In this document: piece by piece, positions 1-8,948 of the stretch
Position numbering within the stretch: the first letter of the stretch is position 1
How the letters are laid out: each line of letters begins with the position of its first letter
Assembly: GCA_041891055.1 (NCBI GenBank)
Contig: CP169074.1
Location: 640,001 to 704,000 of the forward strand
Origin: Halorutilales archaeon Cl-col2-1
GTDB taxonomy: Archaea > Halobacteriota > Halobacteria > Halobacteriales > Afararchaeaceae
Reading direction: 5' to 3'
DNA: 64,000 nt
The notes under the pieces: model-generated
What the model was told of the DNA's origin: nothing
Seen by the model: the letters and a program-made list of their open reading frames with translations, nothing else
Databases searched by the model: none
Program-made: the position numbers and the translations under genes

Positions 1-140
1 AGCATCAGAACCTCTCGCGTCTCGGCGTCCTGTGTAACAGCAGGGACGAGACCGTCGTTACCGAAGTCGACCTCTATCTCCTCGTTCGAGTTCGAGTGCG
101 TATCCGCGTCTGAATCTTTGCCCGTCTGTGTCTCAGCCAT
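1..140 (-). CDS. hisI: Phosphoribosyl-AMP cyclohydrolase, N-terminal part (runs off the window edge)
   Basis: Manual translation from ATG at 140: MAETQTGKDS...EVDFGNDGLVPAVTQDAETREVLML, matching the HisI N-terminal GL(V/I)PA(I/V)xQD...VLML motif. Not in the ORF track. Confidence 0.85.
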   Translation of the reverse strand, partial: MAETQTGKDSDADTHSNSNEEIEVDFGNDGLVPAVTQDAETREVLM

Positions 141-155
141 ACCCCGAGTACGCCG

Positions 156-986
156 CTACGTTAGAAAAAGCCAGCGCAAGACAGCGTAGACGACATCGCC
201 GTAGATCAGAGCGACGACGAGACCCACCGTCATAGGAACTATGAAGGGTATTCCGGGGGTGATCCAGACCTTTTCCGCCTTGAGTATCCGTCTCATCTCC
301 TCCTCGTCGTTCTCTATGTCGTCGGTGACCCAGTCGGTCTCGTTGACGAATCTCCTGAGACGCAGATCCGAGAAGTCTACATCCGACAGCGACTCTACTC
401 CTCTCCAGTCTACGTAGTCACGGAAAAAGTCGAGATCCGTACCCGAAAAGGTCATTGACTCGTCGGGTAGCCTCAGAATACGTCCATGTCGCGTGTGTAA
501 GTCGTCAACTTTGACCTGTCTGCCGACCACCATCAGGACGGGGTTACTGAACCCGTGTCTCAAGATATTCTCGACGAAGAGTCCGAGTGGATATAAAGCA
601 CCCGCTACGACAGTGTTTCCGAGGACTGTGAGAATGAAGATCCCGGCTTCCGACCGGACTACGGGAAGTCCCCAGAAGTCGGGATATACCGGAAACAGAA
701 GACTCAGGACTACTATCGCCTTCATGTCGGCACCACCGAAAGCGCCGACACGGTAGAAGAAGTAGCCGAAGACACCGCCGAAAATCAGACTGATCAAGGT
801 GAAGACTGCGACTCTCTCAGTGTCAAGCAGGAGAAGGTCGACCCCGAGTGCGACGACGCCCACGGCTACCAAGGGATACCAGACCTCGTCGCGTACGCGT
901 CTCTCCAAAATGTCGCGGTAAGAGGCGTATCCGAAGACTGAGAGCGCGATGACTCCCCGTGCTACATCGAGATAGACTGGATTCAC
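156..986 (-). CDS. A24-family prepilin/prearchaellin peptidase (PibD/FlaK type)
   Basis: Multi-TM protein with ASYRD and GGAD(MK) aspartyl motifs and a C-terminal VWITPGIPFIVP motif. Confidence 0.85.
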   Translation of the reverse strand: MNPVYLDVARGVIALSVFGYASYRDILERRVRDEVWYPLVAVGVVALGVDLLLLDTERVAVFTLISLIFGGVFGYFFYRVGAFGGADMKAIVVLSLLFPVYPDFWGLPVVRSEAGIFILTVLGNTVVAGALYPLGLFVENILRHGFSNPVLMVVGRQVKVDDLHTRHGRILRLPDESMTFSGTDLDFFRDYVDWRGVESLSDVDFSDLRLRRFVNETDWVTDDIENDEEEMRRILKAEKVWITPGIPFIVPMTVGLVVALIYGDVVYAVLRWLFLT

Positions 987-992
987 TTACGA

Positions 993-1409
993 TCAGGAGG
1001 AGATGTCGGATAGACGTCTCGCCATCTTGACGGCACTCTCGACACCTCTCTTAGCGTAGTCGACACGGCTGTGAGCCTCTATACGTGACATTCCGGGTCC
1101 CGAGACGCCTAGGGCGACGGGTGTGTCGTACTCAAGCGAGAGGTCGGAGATCTTCTGTGACGCATTCGAGACGACTACGTCGTCGTGGTCGGTGTCGCCC
1201 TCTATTACGACTCCGAGTGTGACGACAGCGTCGATGTCGTCCCTCTGACATAGCTTCTTCACGAAGAGAGGCATGTCGTAGACCCCCGGGACATAGACCG
1301 TCTCGGCTATGTCGGCGTCGAGAAAGTTGGCGTGCTCACGTGCGACTTCTTCCATCTCACTCGTTATGTCTCTGTTGAACTCAGCGACTACAAGACCTAA
1401 TCTTACCAT
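993..1409 (-). CDS. ribH: 6,7-dimethyl-8-ribityllumazine synthase
   Basis: LGLVVAEFN, VPGVYDMP, LGVVIEGDTDHD and PVALGVSGPG motifs. Confidence 0.95.
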   Translation of the reverse strand: MVRLGLVVAEFNRDITSEMEEVAREHANFLDADIAETVYVPGVYDMPLFVKKLCQRDDIDAVVTLGVVIEGDTDHDDVVVSNASQKISDLSLEYDTPVALGVSGPGMSRIEAHSRVDYAKRGVESAVKMARRLSDISS

Positions 1410-1473
1410 GGTCGAAAGTCGGAGAAGAAGTGCTTAACTCTTTTCCGTTTCCGTTCTTGTTCGTCGGAGACCT

Positions 1474-1620
1474 TCAGACCTGTTCGTCTAAGACGACGGT
1501 CTCGTCGGACTTGATCCAGGCGAGCGGGTTCCTCGCGTCATAGAGCACCGTCCCGTCGTCGGTGTCGTATGACTCTATGTTCGAGACCTCTTCGTCCATC
1601 TCGCGGCTCGCACTGGACAT
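1474..1620 (-). CDS. Small conserved haloarchaeal-type protein (48 aa), divergent from polB
   Basis: Manual translation: MSSASREMDEEVSNIESYDTDDGTVLYDARNPLAWIKSDETVVLDEQV*. Acidic, host-like codons, YD..NPLAW motif. Below the ORF-track length cutoff. Confidence 0.7.
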   Translation of the reverse strand: MSSASREMDEEVSNIESYDTDDGTVLYDARNPLAWIKSDETVVLDEQV

Positions 1621-1732
1621 GTTGTGTGTCACCTTGTACCACGCTTAGGACGCGCAGTATATAACCCTTGTGACTTGTTGTCACACTGAACCCAACCACC
1701 GCGAATATATAGGTGAGACGTCTAATCCGGAT

Positions 1733-4700
1733 ATGGGCGACGGGAACCAGTCGAGCATACGTGACTTCGGGGAGGAACCCGAGAATCCGGGGACGGAGAC
1801 AGAGACCGAAGGGACGGAGATAGGCGTCACCAACATAGATTACACTGTCGAGTCCGACGCCGACGGAGAGCCGTATCCCGTCGTAAATGTCTTCGGAAGG
1901 ACACGCGACAGAGAAGCCAGACACGTCCGTGTCCTCGGATTCGAGCCCTACTTCTATGTTCCCGAAGATCAAGCAGAAGGGATAGACGAGAAGGAGGAAC
2001 GTGTCACGCGCACCGAGGACGGGTACGAGTCGATAGAGGGCGACGACCTCGTCCGTGTCTACACGCGTATACCCGCAGACGTCGGCGAGGTGAGGGAGTC
2101 GTACCACCACTACGAGGCGGACATACTCTTCCCCAACCGTTTCAGGATAGACAAGGGGGTCAAGTCGGGGATACGTATACCTCCGGAGTACGACGGAGAT
2201 GAAGTCATAGAGATAGACGAGTCAGAAGTCGAGCCGTGCGATGTAAATGCTCCCGCACGGACGGGTATCATAGACATAGAAGTTGAGGACAGGCACGGAT
2301 TTCCCGAGAACGGCGAGGAGTCGATAATCTGTCTCACGGCGTGGGACTCGTTCGAAGACGAGTATGACGTATTCGTCTTCGACGCCGACGCACCCGACGA
2401 GGTCGACGGCGCGCGCGTCCACTCTTACGAGACAGAGGAGGAGATGCTCGACGAGTTCCTCTCGTACGTCGAGGAGAAGGACTTCGACCTGTTTTCGGGA
2501 TGGAACTTCAACGACTTCGACGCGCCGTATCTCATCGACAGACTCGACGTACTCGACCTCGACTCGGCGCGTCTGTCACGTCTAAACGAGGTCTGGCACT
2601 CCGACTGGGGCGGTCCTACCGTGAAAGGACGCACGACGTTCGACCTCCTCTACGCCTACCAGAGGATGAAGTTCACGGAGCTAGAGTCGTACCGCTTGGA
2701 CGCGATTGCTGAGGAGGAACTCGGCGAGTCGAAGGTACATTACACCGGAAAGATAGGCGATCTGTGGCACGACGACACCGAACGTCTCTTGGAGTACAAC
2801 AAGATCGACGTCGAGCTATGTGTCCGTATAGACGAGAAGGTCGACATAATAGACTTCTTCCGCGAGCTGTCACGTTTCGTCGGATGTTCGCTCGAAGACT
2901 CGACAACCCCGAGCGACGTAGTCGATATATACGTACTCAGGAAGGCACACGGCGAGTTCGTCCTGCCCTCGAAGGGAGGAGGAAGCGGCGAGGAGTACGC
3001 CGGAGGCGAGGTCTTCGAGCCTATCACGGGAATCAGGGAGAACGTCGCTGTTCTCGACCTGGCGTGTTTCACAGGAGACACGGAGGTTGTGACACCCGAT
3101 GGCGTCGTGGATATCAAACGGATGTCGGAGGGCGACGAGGTGTATACACTCAATCCCGAGACATTCGAGGTAGAGGTGGAAGAGATTATCGAGACACACG
3201 AGTACGACAATAAGTACGGCGAAATACACCACGTCAGCGGTAACACCCACGACTTCAAGGTCACAGAGAATCACCGTTTCCTAGTCTCAAACGAGAGAGG
3301 GTGGGACAGCCAGTCCCCCGAGGACTTCGACTTCATGGAGTACCGTGACGTACCTGGCTCCGACAGGTTCGCTTTCCCGAACCACGAAGCTGTCGAAGGC
3401 GAGACACGGGACGTCTTCGAACTCTGGCGCGATGCCGAGGAGGGCTACGTAGCCCTCTACTCCGACCGTGATCTTCGGTCAGTACGTCACGACTTACCCG
3501 ACGAAGTCTGTGACTCGGTGGAGCTAATACACGGCTCTTCGGGGAGGCTCAAGCTCGAAAAGACAGGGAAGTACCTCGTTCCTCTGGAAACCTACAGGAA
3601 ACACCGTGAAGCAGTCGAGACGGCTGCGGATGAGGTCGTCCTCAAACGCGGAAGGCAGCACCGAGGAGTCCCCACGGAGTTCGACTTCGACGACTGGCTC
3701 CGTCTCATAGGCTGGTATGTCACCGAGGGAAGTGCGCGGAGAAAAGACGACGAGGGAGTACACAGGGTTACATTACACCAGAAAGGAGACGAACGCGACG
3801 AGATACGTGACCTACTCGACCGGATGAGTCTGAACTACTCGGTCGACTCACGCGGTTTCAACCTCTCGAACCGTACTCTCCATGACTGGCTCACGCAAAA
3901 CTGTGGGAGTGGAAGCGAGAACAAACGGCTTCCCGACTTCGTCTTCGACCTCGACTCGTCACATCTCAATATACTCCTTGAGACGCTCGTAAAAGGTGAC
4001 GGAACCCCGTCTGAGAGAACCGGGAACGTCGATAAGTTCTGGACAGCGAGCGACAGACTCAAAGATGACGTGGTGCGTCTCGGTGTCAGGTGTGGACATA
4101 AGCCGACCGTGAAGAAACAGACCGACGGCACCTGGTATGTCTCGTTCGGAAAAAGAGGCTCGTTCAATAAATCCGTAAATGCGTCAGTCGAAGAACATGA
4201 CGGCAAGGTCTACTGCGTTACAGCCGAGAACAACCACGTGGTTCTCGCGGGACGAGAAGGCAAGTTCCAGTGGGTCGGACAGTCTCTCTACCCCATGTCG
4301 ATGGTCTCTATAAACGCGAGTCCCGAGACGAAGGCGGGCGACGAATACGACGGCGATACTTACGAGGCACCTAACGGCGTCGAGTTCAGGAAAGACATCG
4401 AGGGACTCACGAAGACGATAGTCACCGAGCTTCTCGAGGAACGTCAGAAGAAGAAAGACGCGAGGGACGAACACGAGTACGGGAGTCCCGAGTACAATAA
4501 GTTCGACAACCAGCAGAGCGCGATAAAGGTTGTTATGAACTGTTTCTCGGGAGACACCGACGTGGTGACCGAGGACGGTGTGAGGAACATAAAGGACATC
4601 GAGACGGGCGAGTACGTCTACTCAGTCGACCCCGAGACGAAGCAAGTCGAGTTCAAGGAGGTCGTCGAGACCTATGAGTACGACTACTCGGGAGAGATGG

Positions 4701-6688
4701 TCGATATAGAGACCCGGCACACCGACTTTTCTGTCACCCCGAACCACAAGATGCTCGTCGAGACTGAGTCGGGGACAGAGTTCGTCGAAGCAGGCGATCT
4801 CAACGACTACACCAACTACCAGATTCCGACAGGAGATCCCATCGACGGTGAGAAGCCCGAGAAGTTCAGCCTGCTGGAAGAAGGAAAAGCCGAGAATGTC
4901 TTTATCTACGCCGATGGACACGGAACATCCTTCAAGAAGAGTATAGGCGAGGCTTCCAAGAAGCTTGAGTACGAGTCGAACAGGAAGGCATACAGATGCT
5001 CCCTTGGTCACATACGTGAAAACCCCGTGGTCGCCGACGAAGCCGACGAAATCCTCTTGCAGAGGGGAGCGAGACAGTCAACAGTCCCTCACGAGTTTGA
5101 CATCGAGGACTGGCTACGTCTCGTAGGCTGGTACGTGACCGAAGGTTCTGTGTATGAAATCAAGCAAATCGAAGATTTGCGTACTCGTCGTGAATCTTTG
5201 ATTCACGAGATCCACCCAAAGGAGTACGAGACGACGAAGAGAGGGAGGTCGAAGAAGATACAGTTCGCACAGATAGACGGCGACGGCAGGGACTCGATAA
5301 GGTCGCTCCTCGAACGTATGGGTATGAACCCGCTGTCAGAGGAGAGACAGATCAGTGTCACGAACGCCGTAATCGCCGACTGGCTAGTCGAGAACTGTGG
5401 GAGTGGAAGCGAGAACAAACGTCTTCCCGACTTCGTCTTCAGCCTCGACTCGTCCCTCCTCGAAGTACTCTTCGACACTCTCATACAGGGTGACGGAGAC
5501 ACCCACTCGGGAATACGGTACTCGACGAAGAGCGACCGTCTCAAGGACGACATGGTACGTCTCGCCGTACATCTCGGCTACAAACCCATGGTTAGCCGTG
5601 ACTCGGGGGTCTGGAGAATACGTTTCTCACGTAACAAGGGGAGCTTCAGGATGCACAGAAACGGCTCGATATCCCGGAGCCAAGATGGCAAGGTCTACTG
5701 CGTTACAGTCGAGGACAACCACACCGTACTCGCAGGAAGAGACGGCAAGTTCCAGTGGGTCGGACAGTCGTACTACGGCGTAGCGGGTTACCCGCGTTTC
5801 CGTCTCTACGACAGGGAAATGGGAAGTGCAGTTACAGCGACGGGAAGACGTGTCATAGAACACACTCGTGACACCATACAGGAGATGGGTTACGACGTGA
5901 TATATGGAGATACTGATTCAACCCTCGTCGAGCTAGGCTCCGACAGAGAGTTCGACGAGATAATCGAGACTGGCGAGGTCATAGAGGAGAAAGTCAATGA
6001 GAGCTACGACGACCTCGCGCGCGACGAGTTCAACGCGAGTGCCGACACACACAGATGGGAGATAGAGTTCGAGAAGCTCTACCGACGTTTCTTCCAGGCG
6101 GGAAAGAAGAAGAGGTATGCTGGACATCTGACCTGGAACGAGGGGAAGGAGGTAGACGAGATCGACATCACCGGCTTCGAGTACAAGAGGAGCGACGTCG
6201 CCCAGGTCACGAAGGACGTCCAGGAGGAGGTCATACGCCGTATAGTCACCGGAGAAGAGTTCGACAGCGTCGCCGAGTACCTCAGGGATGTCATAGACGA
6301 GTTCAAGGAGGGCGACTTCTCGTACGACTACATAGGAATCCCGGGCGGCATAGGACAGAAGCTCGACGCCTACGACACCGACACGGCACAGGTCAAGGGA
6401 GCTAAGTACGCCAACGAGAACCTCGGCACCAACTTCACGAGCGGGAGCAAGCCGAAGAGGCTCTACATCAAACGTGTCAAGCCGAGCGACGACGGACAGC
6501 AGTACCCGCCGACAGACGTCGTCTGTTTCGAATACGAGGAACAGATACCTGACGAGTTCGTCGTCGACTGGGACAAGATGCTCCAGAAGACGCTCGAAGA
6601 GCCTATCTCGCGCATACTCGAAGCACTCGACTGGTCGTGGAGTGAGGTCGAGAGCGGACAGGAACAGACAGGACTCGGGGAGTTCTGA
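1733..6688 (+). CDS. polB: Family B DNA polymerase precursor with two inteins (about 836 aa after splicing)
   Basis: Exonuclease motifs DIE and GWNFNDFD; motif A DLA|SLYP, motif B KVVMN|SYYG, motif C YGDTDS, KKRYAG. Start placed at ATG 1733 rather than the ORF-track start at 1670. Confidence 0.95.
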   Translation: MGDGNQSSIRDFGEEPENPGTETETEGTEIGVTNIDYTVESDADGEPYPVVNVFGRTRDREARHVRVLGFEPYFYVPEDQAEGIDEKEERVTRTEDGYESIEGDDLVRVYTRIPADVGEVRESYHHYEADILFPNRFRIDKGVKSGIRIPPEYDGDEVIEIDESEVEPCDVNAPARTGIIDIEVEDRHGFPENGEESIICLTAWDSFEDEYDVFVFDADAPDEVDGARVHSYETEEEMLDEFLSYVEEKDFDLFSGWNFNDFDAPYLIDRLDVLDLDSARLSRLNEVWHSDWGGPTVKGRTTFDLLYAYQRMKFTELESYRLDAIAEEELGESKVHYTGKIGDLWHDDTERLLEYNKIDVELCVRIDEKVDIIDFFRELSRFVGCSLEDSTTPSDVVDIYVLRKAHGEFVLPSKGGGSGEEYAGGEVFEPITGIRENVAVLDLACFTGDTEVVTPDGVVDIKRMSEGDEVYTLNPETFEVEVEEIIETHEYDNKYGEIHHVSGNTHDFKVTENHRFLVSNERGWDSQSPEDFDFMEYRDVPGSDRFAFPNHEAVEGETRDVFELWRDAEEGYVALYSDRDLRSVRHDLPDEVCDSVELIHGSSGRLKLEKTGKYLVPLETYRKHREAVETAADEVVLKRGRQHRGVPTEFDFDDWLRLIGWYVTEGSARRKDDEGVHRVTLHQKGDERDEIRDLLDRMSLNYSVDSRGFNLSNRTLHDWLTQNCGSGSENKRLPDFVFDLDSSHLNILLETLVKGDGTPSERTGNVDKFWTASDRLKDDVVRLGVRCGHKPTVKKQTDGTWYVSFGKRGSFNKSVNASVEEHDGKVYCVTAENNHVVLAGREGKFQWVGQSLYPMSMVSINASPETKAGDEYDGDTYEAPNGVEFRKDIEGLTKTIVTELLEERQKKKDARDEHEYGSPEYNKFDNQQSAIKVVMNCFSGDTDVVTEDGVRNIKDIETGEYVYSVDPETKQVEFKEVVETYEYDYSGEMVDIETRHTDFSVTPNHKMLVETESGTEFVEAGDLNDYTNYQIPTGDPIDGEKPEKFSLLEEGKAENVFIYADGHGTSFKKSIGEASKKLEYESNRKAYRCSLGHIRENPVVADEADEILLQRGARQSTVPHEFDIEDWLRLVGWYVTEGSVYEIKQIEDLRTRRESLIHEIHPKEYETTKRGRSKKIQFAQIDGDGRDSIRSLLERMGMNPLSEERQISVTNAVIADWLVENCGSGSENKRLPDFVFSLDSSLLEVLFDTLIQGDGDTHSGIRYSTKSDRLKDDMVRLAVHLGYKPMVSRDSGVWRIRFSRNKGSFRMHRNGSISRSQDGKVYCVTVEDNHTVLAGRDGKFQWVGQSYYGVAGYPRFRLYDREMGSAVTATGRRVIEHTRDTIQEMGYDVIYGDTDSTLVELGSDREFDEIIETGEVIEEKVNESYDDLARDEFNASADTHRWEIEFEKLYRRFFQAGKKKRYAGHLTWNEGKEVDEIDITGFEYKRSDVAQVTKDVQEEVIRRIVTGEEFDSVAEYLRDVIDEFKEGDFSYDYIGIPGGIGQKLDAYDTDTAQVKGAKYANENLGTNFTSGSKPKRLYIKRVKPSDDGQQYPPTDVVCFEYEEQIPDEFVVDWDKMLQKTLEEPISRILEALDWSWSEVESGQEQTGLGEF
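3065..4282 (+). mobile_element. Intein 1 (406 aa) with LAGLIDADG homing endonuclease, in PolB motif A
   Basis: Starts CFTGDTEV; block B VTENHRF; LAGLIDADG helices LRLIGWYVTEGS and LLETLVKGDG; ends VYCVT...NH...WVGQ before Ser+1 (SLYP). Confidence 0.92.
4541..5767 (+). mobile_element. Intein 2 (409 aa) with LAGLIDADG homing endonuclease, in PolB motif B
   Basis: Starts CFSGDTDV; block B VTPNHKM; LRLVGWYVTEGS and LFDTLIQGDG; ends VYCVT...NH...WVGQ before Ser+1 (SYYG). Confidence 0.92.
5156..5212. repeat. Double mini-hairpin cassette (about 51 bp) inserted in frame in intein 2
   Basis: GCAAATC-GAA-GATTTGC (5164-5180) and TCGTGAATC-TTT-GATTCACGA (5188-5208), flanked by GAAATC/GAGATC 51 bp apart. 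The first hairpin is identical to one at 42530-42546. Confidence 0.8.
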
Positions 6689-7669
6689 ATGAGTGAGATC
6701 ACTTTCGTCTCGGGCGGAACAGGCACTCCGAAGCTCTTAGACGGAGCACTCGCGAGTCACAGGATAGACGAGTCGGAGATAAACGTCGTCGTCAACACGG
6801 GAGATGACATAGAGATAGCCGGAAACCTCGTCTGTCCCGACGTCGACACTGTTCTGTATACTCTCGCCGACGTAATAGACAGGGACAGATGGTGGGGCAC
6901 CGTTGACGACACCTACGAGACACACGAACGTCTCACCGACCTCGCCGACGCCGAGGGGAAGACCGAGAGGGTCGAGGCGAACAGGAGTATATCTGAGGGG
7001 AGAGCTTTCTCGGGAGCCGGCGAGTTCATGCTGATAGGCGACAGAGACAGGGCGACACATATCCACCGCACGTCGCTGATAGACGAGGGTAAGACACTCA
7101 CGGAAGCCACCTCTGACTTAGCGTCGTCGATGGGTATCGAAGCCGACGTACTCCCGATGAGCGACGATCCAGTATCGACCTACATAGAGACCCCCGAAGG
7201 CGAGGTTCATTTCCAGGTCTTCTGGATAGCAGAAAACGGCGATCCCGCGGTCGAGAACGTCGAGTTCCGCGGAGTAGACGGTTCCGAGCCGACCGCCGAG
7301 ACCCTCGAAGCACTCGAAAGTCCCGTAGTCATAGGTCCGTCGAATCCCGTGACGAGCCTCGGACCCATACTCTCACTCGACGGTGTTATCGAGGCTTTAC
7401 GTGAGACGAGAGTCGTCTCAGTCTCACCCTTCGTCGGCGGAGATGTCGTGAGCGGTCCCGCGCCTAAGCTTATGCGTGCCGAGGGTCTCGAAGCCAGCAC
7501 GCGAGGCGTCTACGAGGCTTACTCCGAGTTCGTCGACGTGGTCGTCGTCGACGAGACGGAGTCTAGCCTCGACCTCGGCTGTGAGACAGTATCCGCTAAC
7601 ACGGTCATGGAGTCTCGTGAGGACTCGAAGAGACTCTTCGAGACGGTAGCCGAAGCCGTCCAACTCTAA
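6689..7669 (+). CDS. cofD: 2-phospho-L-lactate transferase (F420 biosynthesis)
   Basis: SGGTGTPKLL, VNTGDD, CPDVDTVLY, IGDRDRATH, GPSNPVTS and VSGPA motifs. Confidence 0.92.
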   Translation: MSEITFVSGGTGTPKLLDGALASHRIDESEINVVVNTGDDIEIAGNLVCPDVDTVLYTLADVIDRDRWWGTVDDTYETHERLTDLADAEGKTERVEANRSISEGRAFSGAGEFMLIGDRDRATHIHRTSLIDEGKTLTEATSDLASSMGIEADVLPMSDDPVSTYIETPEGEVHFQVFWIAENGDPAVENVEFRGVDGSEPTAETLEALESPVVIGPSNPVTSLGPILSLDGVIEALRETRVVSVSPFVGGDVVSGPAPKLMRAEGLEASTRGVYEAYSEFVDVVVVDETESSLDLGCETVSANTVMESREDSKRLFETVAEAVQL

Positions 7670-7743
7670 TTTTCGAGAATCGTACTAAGATTTTTCGTCT
7701 AACGAACCAAATTAAACATATGTTTCTGGAATGACCTTCTTAC

Positions 7744-8907
7744 ATGGAGAACGACGACAGTATAACGAATATAACGAGAAGAAGACTTCTGGCTGTGACA
7801 GGAGCGGGTCTCAGTGTAGGAGTCGCAGGCTGTACGGGTGGCGGAAACGGCGGTGAAGGTGGTGACACCAATGCCAACGCCAACGAATCAGGTGGAGATA
7901 CTGGAGAAGGCGGAGAAACAAACGAGACCGACGGAGACTCAGAGAGTGGTGAAGCCCAAGAGACCTCTCTATCTGAGCCCGTTTCTCCCGTTCCAGACGA
8001 CAAGCGGTGTGCCGTCTGTAACATGAAAGCCGCCGAGTACCCCGACTCGAACGCACAGCTCTCGCTCTCCGACGGAGGTCGGGTCTACTTCTGCTCGTCG
8101 AGCTGTTTCACGGCGTACTACGCCTACCCTGACTCGTCGAAGTTCAGCGCTCCCGCGGAGTTCAGCCACGGCGACTGGGAGGACAAGGTCGCACATGCGT
8201 GGGTACACGACTACGGAACCAAGGAGTACATCGACGCTACGGAGGCGAGCTATGTACTCGAACACAACGCTGACAGGATAGAGATGGTCATGGGTGACAA
8301 TCCTCTTCCATACGGAGCCGAGGAAGACGCAGTCGCCTACACCGAGGAGTACGATGACCTCTCGAAACACGACGTTGTTTCCCTCATGGCTTTCGACAGG
8401 TCGCTCGCTGAGAGATACAGCCCTAACTTCATAGCCGAGTCGGAAGTCGAGGCGACTCCGATAACTGAGTCAGTCGATGTCCCCGACGACGCCGAATGTA
8501 CAGTCTGTGGAATGAAGGCGGCGAAGTTCCCCGACTGGAACGCTCAGGCTTCACACGAGAACGGAGACAGGGACTTCTTCTGTTCGCCGGGATGTATGAC
8601 GACCTACTACGCGACGCCTGAGACATTCAACGACGGTAAGACACAGGACGACATAGTCGGAGTCTGGGCACACGACTTCGAGACGAAGGATCTCATAGAT
8701 GCAAGGCTCGCCGACTACGTCCTCGTGACTAACGCCGACAGGGTTGACGATCCGATGATGAAGAACCCGCTTCCGTTCTCTAATCCCGACGACGCGACGG
8801 CGTACATCGACGAGTACGACGACTTATCCGAGGACGACATAATACCGCTGACTTCGTTCGACATGTCCCTCGCAGAGACATACAGAAAGAAGTTCGTGAC
8901 GGGTTAG
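7744..8907 (+). CDS. Tat-exported lipoprotein with two tandem NosL-like metal-binding domains
   Basis: TRRRLL twin-arginine and VAGC lipobox; two repeats of CxVCxM...FCSxxC...M.xNPLP. Confidence 0.8.
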   Translation: MENDDSITNITRRRLLAVTGAGLSVGVAGCTGGGNGGEGGDTNANANESGGDTGEGGETNETDGDSESGEAQETSLSEPVSPVPDDKRCAVCNMKAAEYPDSNAQLSLSDGGRVYFCSSSCFTAYYAYPDSSKFSAPAEFSHGDWEDKVAHAWVHDYGTKEYIDATEASYVLEHNADRIEMVMGDNPLPYGAEEDAVAYTEEYDDLSKHDVVSLMAFDRSLAERYSPNFIAESEVEATPITESVDVPDDAECTVCGMKAAKFPDWNAQASHENGDRDFFCSPGCMTTYYATPETFNDGKTQDDIVGVWAHDFETKDLIDARLADYVLVTNADRVDDPMMKNPLPFSNPDDATAYIDEYDDLSEDDIIPLTSFDMSLAETYRKKFVTG

Positions 8908-8948
8908 GATAGGAAAAGCCTCAAGCCTCCGTGTCTCGAATCTCGGAC

